NCBI GenBank assembly: GCA_965223265.1
Contig: OZ244999.1
Location: 6,976,001 to 7,040,000, forward strand
From: Planctomycetota bacterium
GTDB taxonomy: Bacteria; Planctomycetota; UBA8108; SXIK01
DNA: 64,000 nucleotides
Direction: 5' to 3'
In this document: positions 10,601 to 19,016 of the stretch, one piece after another
Numbering within the stretch: the first letter of the stretch is position 1
How the letters are laid out: every line of letters begins with the position of its first letter
Notes under the pieces: model-generated
Databases searched by the model: none
What the model saw: the letters and a program-made list of their open reading frames with translations, nothing else
Told to the model about the DNA's origin: nothing
Translations under genes and position numbers: made by a program

Positions 10601-11298
10601 TCTACGAGTTCGTCGAACTCTTCAATTTCGGCAACTCAGACGTTGACCTCGAAGGTTTTTCGCTTCGCGGTAGTGTCAGCCACACGTTCGGTGCGGTGCG
10701 GATTCCTGCCGGCGAGTACCGAATCATTGCAAGCGACGCAGAACGATTCGGACAGCGCCACCCTGCAGCCCGAGGAAGTCTCGTCGGCGAATTCGAGGGC
10801 TCGCTCAGTGACTACCGTGGCCAACTCGTGCTTCGCGGGAGCTCCAACGAGGCCTTGTTCACCCTTCGCTATCGAGGCGGATGGTTGGAGGAAGCTGCAG
10901 AACTTGGACACTCGATCGCCCTGCGAGACGCCACCGCACCAAGCTCCTGGTGGTCGCAGCGGGACAGTTGGCGCGCAAGCGTGGTTCCCGGCGGCTCGCC
11001 TGGTCGCTTGCTGCCGGAAGGATTCGGCCAAGTGGCGGGCGACACCAACCAGGACGGCCGCTTCGACATTCGAGACGCTCTCGAACTACTCCACGTTCTC
11101 TCTCGCGGTGAGCTGCACAGGTTGCCGTGCGCTGGCCGAAAACTCGAGAGTGCCGTGCAGACGCTCGATGCCACGGCCGATGGACGTCTCGATCTGCATG
11201 ATGTCCGTTCGATGCTCTCCCATCTCGTGGTCGGAGCGGACGACCCGTTTCCTGTCGACTGTCTACCGCTCGCCGATTGCCCGAGTTGGTGCAGATAG
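7672..11298 (+). CDS. CotH kinase-family protein with lamin-tail domains, Fn3/CHB_HEX_C-like domains and a C-terminal dockerin-like domain
   Basis: ITEV...SDWIELFN (LTD), RYTTDGAEP, KVRGSST, MGPIWDFD (CotH), second LTD ISEVMY, GDTNQDGRFDIRD. Confidence 0.88.
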   Translation: MRQKSLSVRIFTLLTVGSKFLGGLCFVLATCRVAVGGVRITEVCAANAGDHRDMDDEASDWIELFNDSERPANLEGWYLTDDASDLKRWRLPALRMAPHGFRVVFCSGKDRAAVDGELHTNFKLSQSGEFLGLVRPDGETIETQYAPRFPAQYAGVSYGLAQKSRSTRLLEPDANASALVPLDAHVDDNWIRRDEETNETNEPWFPVKLGIGFRASSGATGVAHSPRTDIGQRMRGRSTSVYLRIPFEVDPALNVSVLTLEIRFQGGFVAYLNGEEVVRHHLSGDGWKARARFHFPGVRTRSFELASHRHLLRAGTNWLSVHAASSDTEARSFLFEPQLHAISVRSTLSGAHRYFNQPTPGSPNARGFRGVAPRPAVSIASGTYSRRSLTVELSSSLPRAQIRYTTDGAEPTATSPLYSRPLRITTSTVLKSKCFARGKIPSPTAMRHYVLLQQETSDFSSNLPVVIVETFGRGIGPDFYSPAYLSIHTAARHSGSVDKPRRRSRETRGQAAPAERTRLGTKPHFAGRIGIKVRGSSTEGREKASYAFETWDVRGDDVAVSLLDLPADSDWILYGPYNFDRTMMRNALMYELSNRLGRYAPRTRFIEVFLSKQGSPISVEDHYVGVYVLIEKIKPGPDRVSIDPVDRRSASEPELTGGYMMKIDRRDPGDFGFYAGGQNLNYVHPKEDEIAPVQAVWIQDYVNQFGRALARTHGSPSESSYREFVEVDSCIDFHILNEFTKNPDGFKLSTYLYKPRGGKLVMGPIWDFDRTMGPDEDYRAADPVGWSDNRHYGWWAYLLRDPSFREQYRKRWIAIRQDVFAAESIFALIDEMERELSEAQERNYSTWSLWLDNGYSGEVAQLKEWIAHRLEWMDSELVESPKLGHHGGVVDGPLTLSLDNPNGEGSILYTLNDVDPKDAPNARTYGGAFVIERNAAIRARVRAAPGVWSDAVAASFLLEVPAIAISEVMYRPLAGDLYEFVELFNFGNSDVDLEGFSLRGSVSHTFGAVRIPAGEYRIIASDAERFGQRHPAARGSLVGEFEGSLSDYRGQLVLRGSSNEALFTLRYRGGWLEEAAELGHSIALRDATAPSSWWSQRDSWRASVVPGGSPGRLLPEGFGQVAGDTNQDGRFDIRDALELLHVLSRGELHRLPCAGRKLESAVQTLDATADGRLDLHDVRSMLSHLVVGADDPFPVDCLPLADCPSWCR

Positions 11299-11324
11299 TC
11301 CGATCTGACCTCGCAAGACGATGT

Positions 11325-11375
11325 TGCGGCTGCGCACACGCACACGCAGTCGCAAACCGTCTCGGCAGCGGGCGA
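11325..11375. repeat. Short degenerate CGCACA hexamer tract between convergent genes
   Basis: TGCGCACACGCACACGCAGTCGCAAACCG. Confidence 0.4.
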
Positions 11376-11488
11376 TCGCTGATCCCTACCTGCGACGAAG
11401 CTCTTCTGCGTTTGGGCTTCGGACAAGAATTGGCGACAACACAAGGGATCGACTCATGGCTCTGATGTCTCGGGGAGCCAAGGAGGAG

Positions 11489-12445
11489 TCACGCCCCCGT
11501 CATGTGCGCAAGAAACGGTTCGAGCGCCTTTCTAAGGCGACGCTGGTCGTCTGTGCCCCGCAAAGGCCCGGCAGCACGCAGACTCAGACCGGCGACCTCG
11601 GAGGCGAGCATCGCGGAGCGCACGGGATCGAGTCCTTGAGAAACTGCTGCCAGAAACGCTCCGGTGAAACAATCGCCCGCACCGTGATCGTCGACGACGT
11701 CGACTTGCGGCGCCGCGATCGATTTGATCTCTCCTCCATGGGAGACGATCGCACCCTTCGCGCCACGTTTGATCACCAGTGTCGAGACTCCCTGTTTGTG
11801 GAAGTAGTCAATCATCGACTTGGCTTCGCTGATGCCACTCACCATCCGCGCCCGCTGTTCGGTAACCAGTACGATCTCTACAAGCTCGAGCACGTGGGCA
11901 TGCTCTTTGACCACGCGCCCGATTTGCTGGCGAGTCGTTGCCGCTGCAAACAGGTCGAGAGAGATTCGCTTGCGGTGGGACCTCAGCTTACGAATGATGT
12001 CGATCAACCGCCGCGGCCAGACTCCACAGAGGAGCTCGGGTGCGGAGAAGTGAAAGAGGTTGCATGGTGATCGGTAGACGACCTCAGCAAAGTCGTATTC
12101 CCGATTGGTTCCTTCGTGCAGTAAGAAGGAGGGACGACCCCGCGCATCGTGTTGAATCAACGTCATCGGACTCGTACTACCGCTGATCAACTTGAGCCGC
12201 GTCACCTCGACGCTCTCCGCCTGCAGCTTCGTCTTCACGTACTGTCCGACGAGATCATCGCCGAGACAACCGACGAAAGCGGTTGAAGTTCCAAGTCGCG
12301 CCGCGACGATCGCAGCGTTGACAGCACTGCCGCCGACGTCGACGCGCATCGCAGGTATCGCAACAGTCGCCCCAGGTGGAACGGGGGGATGTTGGGGAAC
12401 ACTGATTTCCGCCGAGGAGTGCCCAGCGACGAACAGCTTCGCCAT
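11489..12445 (-). CDS. PfkB-family carbohydrate kinase
   Basis: GGSAVNAA, GCLGDDLVG, KRGAKGA and DDHGAGDCF. Confidence 0.9.
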   Translation of the reverse strand: MAKLFVAGHSSAEISVPQHPPVPPGATVAIPAMRVDVGGSAVNAAIVAARLGTSTAFVGCLGDDLVGQYVKTKLQAESVEVTRLKLISGSTSPMTLIQHDARGRPSFLLHEGTNREYDFAEVVYRSPCNLFHFSAPELLCGVWPRRLIDIIRKLRSHRKRISLDLFAAATTRQQIGRVVKEHAHVLELVEIVLVTEQRARMVSGISEAKSMIDYFHKQGVSTLVIKRGAKGAIVSHGGEIKSIAAPQVDVVDDHGAGDCFTGAFLAAVSQGLDPVRSAMLASEVAGLSLRAAGPLRGTDDQRRLRKALEPFLAHMTGA

Positions 12446-12646
12446 GGCAAGACCCTGTCACATAGCCGGTCGATTCACACAAAAACACATCCTGCCCCGA
12501 TGGAGACTACCATCGGGGCTTTTGCGTGTCCGCAAGGGCGATCGACACGCTCTGCCGGCCGAGAACGTGTGGCAGCTAACTGCTGTCTACGCTCTGGACA
12601 CTTCGGGTTTTGCCGACAGGGACTAGCTCTTAACTCAACGGGCGGT

Positions 12647-12811
12647 TAACAGCCTGTTGAAAAAGTGCTTCGAGTCGAAAACTGGTCGCTTCGCGTCCAG
12701 ATCGGCCGCGGCGAACGTAGGTAATCTCCGCGATTATCGAGGCTCGCCGCGGTCGATCTGGGCGTGAAGAGGCCAGTTTCTCGGCCGAATGACTTTTTCA
12801 ACGGGCTGTTA
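12647..12811. mobile_element. Fold-back MITE copy 2
   Basis: TIRs TAACAGCCTGTTGAAAAAG and CTTTTTCAACGGGCTGTTA; the whole element is an imperfect palindrome. Confidence 0.88.
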
Positions 12812-14929
12812 ATCGCCGAATCGCGCCACGTCAGCGATTTCGGCAGGATCGCACTTCGCCCAGCTCTGGTCGTCTCCGACACGCAACTCCCAGGTCCCCT
12901 GTAGCTCGACCCGCTCGTCGCCATGCAACAGCGCTGGCTCGCCCTTGTAGATTCCACCACGACCACCGCGATCGAGGACTCGTACGGCGATGGTATTCCA
13001 AGAATCGTAGAGCAAGGACTTTGCCGGAACGTCGTATGAACGCTCAGCCGCGCCCCGATCGTTGTCGTCACCGGGAACGTCGGCTCCGAAACTCCCGGTT
13101 CGACCCACGAGCGCACCGTTGACGTACGCCGCGTGAGCATCATCGAGGTGTCCAAGTGTCAATGTCACTCGCTCCCCGTCGCTCCATGCGGCTGGAACTC
13201 GCACTAGGCAGCGATACCACGCAAAGCCGTCGTAGCTCGCCAAACCCTCGCACGTCAAGTTTCTCTTCCACGGCCTCGGCACGCACACTTCCTGCCAGTT
13301 GCTGCGATACTCCTCCAGCGTCAAACCGATCGGCGTCGCCGCGATCCACTTCAGAGCATTGGAAAGTAGATTCAGGAACGATCCGCTGGCGAAGTCCTCC
13401 GGATGCCCCAGGGAGGTATAGAACACCTTGGCCTCGTTCGGTCCGTACGAGTTCACCCAGGCGACTGGTTCCACCGGATGGCCGCTCACAGTTCCGGTGA
13501 GAAGAGGCCTCGCGGATGGAACGAGTGGCGACATCTTATAGAGAGACCCGCGCGAGACAAATGGCTTGGAGAGACCGCGAACGATAGGGTGCTCCAGGGC
13601 CTCGTTCGCGACGGACACAGTCAACGCGAGATCCGCCGCGTGATGCCCGCTGTATGTGCCGCCAAGGACATCGCGGTCGAAAGTCGCCCACGCGACGTGG
13701 CCGCTCTTGAGCTCACTGCGCGGCGCAAAAGCATGGCTGGCCGTTCGAATGGCGATGAGCGACTTGCCAGCATCGAGGTGAGATCGTAGAGCCGCCATGT
13801 CTCCTTCCGGCAGCCCGCGACGGCGGACGCTCAGGACAACGACGTCGGCATCGCGAACCGCGGCTGCGAAACCAGGGATCTCGTCGTCTCCAGGCGCGCC
13901 TTCCACAACCACGACGTCGAGTCCGTCTTGATCCCTCCATCGCTCCTTCGCGAAATTGACCAAGGTCTCTCGGGTGTTGTAGTGCGATTCCGCCACCGCC
14001 ACGACGACACGCGGCCGCACATCACCGCGAAATCTAAACGGCCTGCCACCGAGAATCTGATCGCTCGTCACCGTTGGGCAAACCATACGTTCGATGTGTT
14101 CGACGACCAAGTCTGTGCCACGGAAATGGCTAACGTACGGCCGTCGCGTCGGGTTGTACATGGTGTCGGTCATGTCCCGCATGAGCACGACATTCTTGCC
14201 GTTTCGCGCCATCTGCCGCAGTCCAAAAGGCCGACCGAGCACACACATGTTCGTATGCACGCCCATGAGGATCACATTGTCGATGCCACGTGCCTCGAGA
14301 AGGTTCCATGTCTCCTCTCCCGAGTCGGTGATTGCGTCACGATCCGGGTCGATCTCCAACAATCCGATCTGGCGCAGCCAGGGACTTCCGGGGCGCCGCC
14401 CCATCTGCTTCAACTTGCGATACCAATCGGCGTGAGCGTCCGGTTGGTCGTCCTCGCCGCCGTCGGTGTGGTCTATCGGGTACCCAATTGCCTTCTCGCG
14501 CGGGTCCTTCCAATGACACCAACTCCGGATGTCATCTGGCAGGTTGGATGCCGGCGGCGCGGCCTCGGCACGTTTTCGCGCTGGGTGTTTCTCGTAGAAT
14601 TTCATGCAGGACGACGGCGCATGGATCACGAAAGCGCCCCGTTGCCGTGCTGCACTCAGGACTTCGTTCATGCGCGGCGCGATTTCCTGCACCCGCTGCG
14701 TCGCTCCGAGGCAGTGATGCAGATCCCACATGTCGCACACGATCACCGCGGTGTCGCGCGACGGCCACTGCTGATCCTCGGTCCGCACCTCGTAGCGTCC
14801 GGAACCTGGAGCGGTTTCGACGCGTCGGCGAAGCGACAGTTCGAACGTAGAGTCGTCGGCGCGCGATGGTGTCGCAAGACCGAAAGAGAAAACCGCGACG
14901 AAGAATGCCAACGCGCGCGCACGTGTCAT
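12809..14929 (-). CDS. Secreted isochorismatase-like + ThuA-like + sugar-binding (GH2-N-like) multidomain protein
   Basis: Signal peptide; VIVCDMW and GVHTNMCV (cysteine hydrolase); IRTASHAF and FYTSLGHP (ThuA); YDGFAWYR and AYVNG (galactose-binding-like). Confidence 0.82.
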   Translation of the reverse strand: MTRARALAFFVAVFSFGLATPSRADDSTFELSLRRRVETAPGSGRYEVRTEDQQWPSRDTAVIVCDMWDLHHCLGATQRVQEIAPRMNEVLSAARQRGAFVIHAPSSCMKFYEKHPARKRAEAAPPASNLPDDIRSWCHWKDPREKAIGYPIDHTDGGEDDQPDAHADWYRKLKQMGRRPGSPWLRQIGLLEIDPDRDAITDSGEETWNLLEARGIDNVILMGVHTNMCVLGRPFGLRQMARNGKNVVLMRDMTDTMYNPTRRPYVSHFRGTDLVVEHIERMVCPTVTSDQILGGRPFRFRGDVRPRVVVAVAESHYNTRETLVNFAKERWRDQDGLDVVVVEGAPGDDEIPGFAAAVRDADVVVLSVRRRGLPEGDMAALRSHLDAGKSLIAIRTASHAFAPRSELKSGHVAWATFDRDVLGGTYSGHHAADLALTVSVANEALEHPIVRGLSKPFVSRGSLYKMSPLVPSARPLLTGTVSGHPVEPVAWVNSYGPNEAKVFYTSLGHPEDFASGSFLNLLSNALKWIAATPIGLTLEEYRSNWQEVCVPRPWKRNLTCEGLASYDGFAWYRCLVRVPAAWSDGERVTLTLGHLDDAHAAYVNGALVGRTGSFGADVPGDDNDRGAAERSYDVPAKSLLYDSWNTIAVRVLDRGGRGGIYKGEPALLHGDERVELQGTWELRVGDDQSWAKCDPAEIADVARFGD

Positions 14930-15266
14930 GGTCGACCCCTCGAGTATCGATAGAAAAGCGATAAACAGCCTCACCAAAAGGTAAGAGCCTGCTCACGCGT
15001 TGACAAGGGGTTTGCCAGTGCGCCATTGCCCCGGTCAGCTCTCCCACGACGACGGAGTATCTGGCCAGACCGAGCATCAGCGTCGTTCGGATGCGTGCTG
15101 TCCGGTGGGCGTAGGCTCTCTTTTCGCGGCTGGCACGCTTTCGTCTGCACTCAGCGTGCGCGACCGCACGTGGTGCCCACTTCCTCTCGTGTCCGACTTG
15201 ACGCATACTGAACGCATTCGTCGCGAACTCTCCCACCTTTGAACAATCTACTTCGGGGTCCTCTCT

Positions 15267-16286
15267 ATGCTCATCAAACCGGTGTATTCGCAGCGGCGCC
15301 ACTTCCACCTGCTCACGTTCTGGATGTCTGTTCTTGCCGTCTCGTCACTCGTCGCGGCAGACCCATGGGTGGTCTACGAGGGCGAAAAGGGACCGGGCAA
15401 CGGCAAGCACATCGTACTTCTTTCCGGTGATGACGAGTATCGCTCCGAGGAGGGACTCCCGATGTTGGGAAAGATCCTTTCGGTGCGTCACGGTTTCAAG
15501 TGCACCGTGCTCTTCGCCATCAACCCTGAAGACGGGACGATCACTCCAAATCACCAGACATACATCCCAGGACTCCATCATCTTCAATCCGCCGACATGC
15601 TCGTGATCGCATTGCGATTTCGAGAACTCCCGGACGAAGACATGAAGTACATTGACGAGTACACGCATTCCGGCAAGCCGATCCTGGGTCTGCGCACCGC
15701 GACGCACGCTTTCAGCTATTCTCGCAATCCAGCGAGTCGGTACGCGCACTACAGTTTCAACAGCGAGAAGTGGGTCGGGGGCTTCGGCCAACAGGTTCTC
15801 GGAGACACTTGGGTCAACCACCACGGTAGCCACGGCAACGAGAGCACCCGCGGCCTCATCAACGGACTGCATCAGAAGCACCCAGTGCTGCGCGGCGTCG
15901 ACGACATTTGGGGACCGACTGACGTTTACGGCATTCGCGAACTCGGCCCGGATGCGACGGTGCTCGTCTTCGGACAAGTCCTGACGGGCATGAAACCTTC
16001 GGACCCACCGAACTATGGCAAGTCGCTCATGCCTCTGGTGTGGACGCGCGACTTCACCGGCAAGCACGGTAAGACGTCGAAGGTCATCTGCACGACCATG
16101 GGAGCGTCGTTTGACCTCAAAAGCGCCGGCCTCAGACGCCTCCTCGTCAACGCTTGCTACTGGGCACTCGAAATCAAGAACGCTCCAGAGACCGCAAACG
16201 TCGACTACGTCGGTGACTATAAACCGACGCCCTTCGGATTCGGCAACTTTGTCCGCGGCGTCAAACCGCAGGAACATCGACTGTAG
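15267..16286 (+). CDS. ThuA-domain (class I glutamine amidotransferase-like) secreted protein
   Basis: HIVLLSGDDEYRSEE, GLRTATHAF and TTMGAS...RRLLVNACYW. Confidence 0.82.
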   Translation: MLIKPVYSQRRHFHLLTFWMSVLAVSSLVAADPWVVYEGEKGPGNGKHIVLLSGDDEYRSEEGLPMLGKILSVRHGFKCTVLFAINPEDGTITPNHQTYIPGLHHLQSADMLVIALRFRELPDEDMKYIDEYTHSGKPILGLRTATHAFSYSRNPASRYAHYSFNSEKWVGGFGQQVLGDTWVNHHGSHGNESTRGLINGLHQKHPVLRGVDDIWGPTDVYGIRELGPDATVLVFGQVLTGMKPSDPPNYGKSLMPLVWTRDFTGKHGKTSKVICTTMGASFDLKSAGLRRLLVNACYWALEIKNAPETANVDYVGDYKPTPFGFGNFVRGVKPQEHRL

Positions 16287-16319
16287 CACGACAGACCCGA
16301 AGGCGGAGAATCGAATTCG

Positions 16320-16844
16320 ATGAGCGATGAGTTGAGCTTAGCCACGTTCGGCGCCGGTTGTTTTTGGTGTGTCGAGGCCGTCTACCTTCAGCTGGACGGC
16401 GTCACCAAGGTGGAGTCTGGATACATGGGCGGCGACGTCGTCGACCCGACGTACGAGCAGGTCTGCTCAGGGACGACCGGGCACGCCGAGGTCGTCCAAG
16501 TGACCTTCGACCCGGCGAAGGTTTCCTTCGCAGACCTTCTCGATCTTTTCTGGCGCTTACACGATCCAACGACTCCCAATCGACAAGGCAACGACGTCGG
16601 CACGCAGTACCGCTCTGCCGTCTTTTACCACTCAGAGGAGCAACGCGCCGACGCCGAAGAGTCGAAGCAGGCGCTCGACGCAGCCGGGACCTACGCCTCT
16701 CCCGTCGTCACCGAAATCACCCCAGCGACGACGTTTTATAGGGCGGAAGACTACCACCAGGACTACTACCGCTCCAACAAGGCGCAGCCGTACTGCGCTT
16801 ACGTCATCGCGCCAAAGCTCGGCAAGCTGGGCCTCGAAACTTAG
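16320..16844 (+). CDS. msrA: Peptide-methionine (S)-S-oxide reductase
   Basis: [22 protein letters not shown] and AEDYHQDYY. Confidence 0.96.
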   Translation: MSDELSLATFGAGCFWCVEAVYLQLDGVTKVESGYMGGDVVDPTYEQVCSGTTGHAEVVQVTFDPAKVSFADLLDLFWRLHDPTTPNRQGNDVGTQYRSAVFYHSEEQRADAEESKQALDAAGTYASPVVTEITPATTFYRAEDYHQDYYRSNKAQPYCAYVIAPKLGKLGLET

Positions 16845-17014
16845 TCTCACGCTCCACCGTCCCACGTGGCGACGTTGCATCGATCGCGACACCTCCGGAG
16901 TTATAGGAATTCGCGCCGCCCGCACTGCCTCGCCCGTGAAGGGATAGCCACCCGAGCGGCCGAAAAATGTGTCAGCAGCGATTGCACTCCGACGCGGTGG
17001 CAGTCAAACTTGAG

Positions 17015-17446
17015 ATGATGACGAACGCTGCTGCTCTTCTCTCATGGCTCCAGATCTGCGTGATCACGGTTTCGAGCTTCGGTTCGATTTGCTGTGACGC
17101 AGCCCCTAAATGCTGCCGTAAACAAACCCAGAGAGCGGAGTCGTCGAGTCCAACATCGCCGACTTGCTGCGGAGCGAAGAATAGAACTGCGTCCCAGCCG
17201 CAGACCGCAGCCGAGGCTCCGCCGCGTGACGCGAAGACGCGAGCGCAAACTTGCGCCTGCCACAAGACCCCGTTGACGCCACGGGGCAGCGACGTCGAGT
17301 GCGCCGCGCCGTCGGCGCCACTGCAGCCGGACACGCCTACCGCCGGCCCTCCTCGTCGCGTGGCGCACGCTTCCGCCGCCCCATCCAAAGCTACTTGGCC
17401 TCCGTGCCAAGCCCGAGCACCACCGGACGCTATCGGTCTGTCCTGA
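17015..17446 (+). CDS. Cys-rich upstream ORF ending in RAPP (DUF2946/CruR/CutF-like leader candidate)
   Basis: Hydrophobic N-terminus, three CC pairs and a CAC, Pro-rich tail ending QARAPPDAIGLS; directly upstream of the Cus operon. Confidence 0.62.
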   Translation: MMTNAAALLSWLQICVITVSSFGSICCDAAPKCCRKQTQRAESSSPTSPTCCGAKNRTASQPQTAAEAPPRDAKTRAQTCACHKTPLTPRGSDVECAAPSAPLQPDTPTAGPPRRVAHASAAPSKATWPPCQARAPPDAIGLS

Positions 17447-17558
17447 CCGTTCGCTCGACTAGTGTCCCATCCCCCGAACCATCAGGTTCACATCACTCGG
17501 GCCGCTCGGTGCAGCGCATGCATACGTGCGCGCCGTGCACCACGCTTTGGAGCCAGAC

Positions 17559-19016
17559 ATGCTGCCGTTACCAGTGGCCTTCCAACGAACATGTCGCCTT
17601 CGCCGTCAGCGCTGGAGGAGTCATGGCCCTCTTGTCGCTGCTGCAATGATCGCCGCCAGCGGCTGCGCTGCTGTAGACCAAGCACCGCGACGAGTCAACG
17701 CTGTGCCGCTGCTACGCCAACGCCACCTGGAGACATCCCCGGGGGCGGCGGGAAAGCCAAGCGCACGCGGCGACGCGCCACGCTCTCTCCCAGTAGAAGC
17801 GACGCTCGACGACTACCGGCTCTTCGCAGCCGAGAATAATCCGAAGCTCCGTGCTCTCTACCACGAGTGGCGTGCGATGTCGGAACGGTCGGCGCAAGCA
17901 CGATCGCTCCCCGAGCCGCGGGTGACCTACAGTGAGTATTTGCGTTCAGTCGAAACGCGCACCGGCCCCCAGGAACGCAGTGTTGGTGTTATGCAACCGC
18001 TGCCCTGGTTGGGAAAGCTTCGCCTTCGCGGCAGAGTTGCTGAAGCGGCGGCTCGAGCAGCGTGGGAGCGTTTCTTTGCGGCGCAGCTCGAACTCGATCA
18101 CAAAGTGCGGACAACATTCGCTGATTACTACTTCCTGGAGAGATCCATCGCGATCACACGCTCCAATCTGGAGCTGCTCTCTGAACTAGAGGCAGTCGCG
18201 CGCCGTCGTGTCGCCGCCGGCACCGGCGACCACCACGACGTAGCGCGCCTGCAGGCCGAAATCGGCCGACTTTCGGACCGCATCGAAACCGATCAAGACC
18301 TGCGCCGGCCACTCGTCGCCAAGCTGAACGCCCTTCTCGGACGGCAACGCGAGCTCGAGGTAGCGCCGCCCAAGACGCTTCCCGAACCGCCGGCACTGCC
18401 AGACGACGAGACCGTGCGTCGACTCGTCCGCGAGCACAACCCCGAACTTCTCGCACTCCACGAAGAGGTCGAACGCGCCGCCCTAGGAAAGAAGCTGGCT
18501 CGCCAAGAGTATTTCCCTGACGTCGCAGTCGGCTTTCAAACGATCCTCACAGAGAACGCTCGAGTCCCCAACACCCGCGATAGCGGCCAAGATCCATGGC
18601 TACTGACGTTCGCCGTGGAACTCCCCGTGTGGATCGGGAAGTACCGCGCTCAAGAGCGAGAAGCCGCAGCCCAGTGGCAGGCAGCATCGGAGCGCAAGCG
18701 CGATGCAGAGAGCGAGCTCATCGCCGAAGTCGAACTCAGCCTGCATCACCTTCGCGATGCGGAAAGACGGATCACACTCTACGGGCGGTCGCTTGTGCCA
18801 ATCGCGCGCGAGGCGCTGAAATCGACAGAGAGTGGATTTCAAGCTGGAACGGATGACTTCCTTGAACTGATCGACGCCGAGGGCGTCCTTCTCGATTTTC
18901 GCCTCGCTGGCGAGCGCGCGCACGCCGACCGCCTGCGCGCTAGCGCCGCGCTCGATCGCTTGCTTGGAAGATTCGAGCTGGCGGGAAGCCCGCGCCAACA
19001 GGAGACATCGTCATGA
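17559..19016 (+). CDS. TolC/CusC-family outer-membrane efflux protein
   Basis: AAENNPKL, SLPEPRV, QEYFPD and FQAGTDDFLELIDAE; lipobox-like ASGC; operon context. Confidence 0.88.
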   Translation: MLPLPVAFQRTCRLRRQRWRSHGPLVAAAMIAASGCAAVDQAPRRVNAVPLLRQRHLETSPGAAGKPSARGDAPRSLPVEATLDDYRLFAAENNPKLRALYHEWRAMSERSAQARSLPEPRVTYSEYLRSVETRTGPQERSVGVMQPLPWLGKLRLRGRVAEAAARAAWERFFAAQLELDHKVRTTFADYYFLERSIAITRSNLELLSELEAVARRRVAAGTGDHHDVARLQAEIGRLSDRIETDQDLRRPLVAKLNALLGRQRELEVAPPKTLPEPPALPDDETVRRLVREHNPELLALHEEVERAALGKKLARQEYFPDVAVGFQTILTENARVPNTRDSGQDPWLLTFAVELPVWIGKYRAQEREAAAQWQAASERKRDAESELIAEVELSLHHLRDAERRITLYGRSLVPIAREALKSTESGFQAGTDDFLELIDAEGVLLDFRLAGERAHADRLRASAALDRLLGRFELAGSPRQQETSS

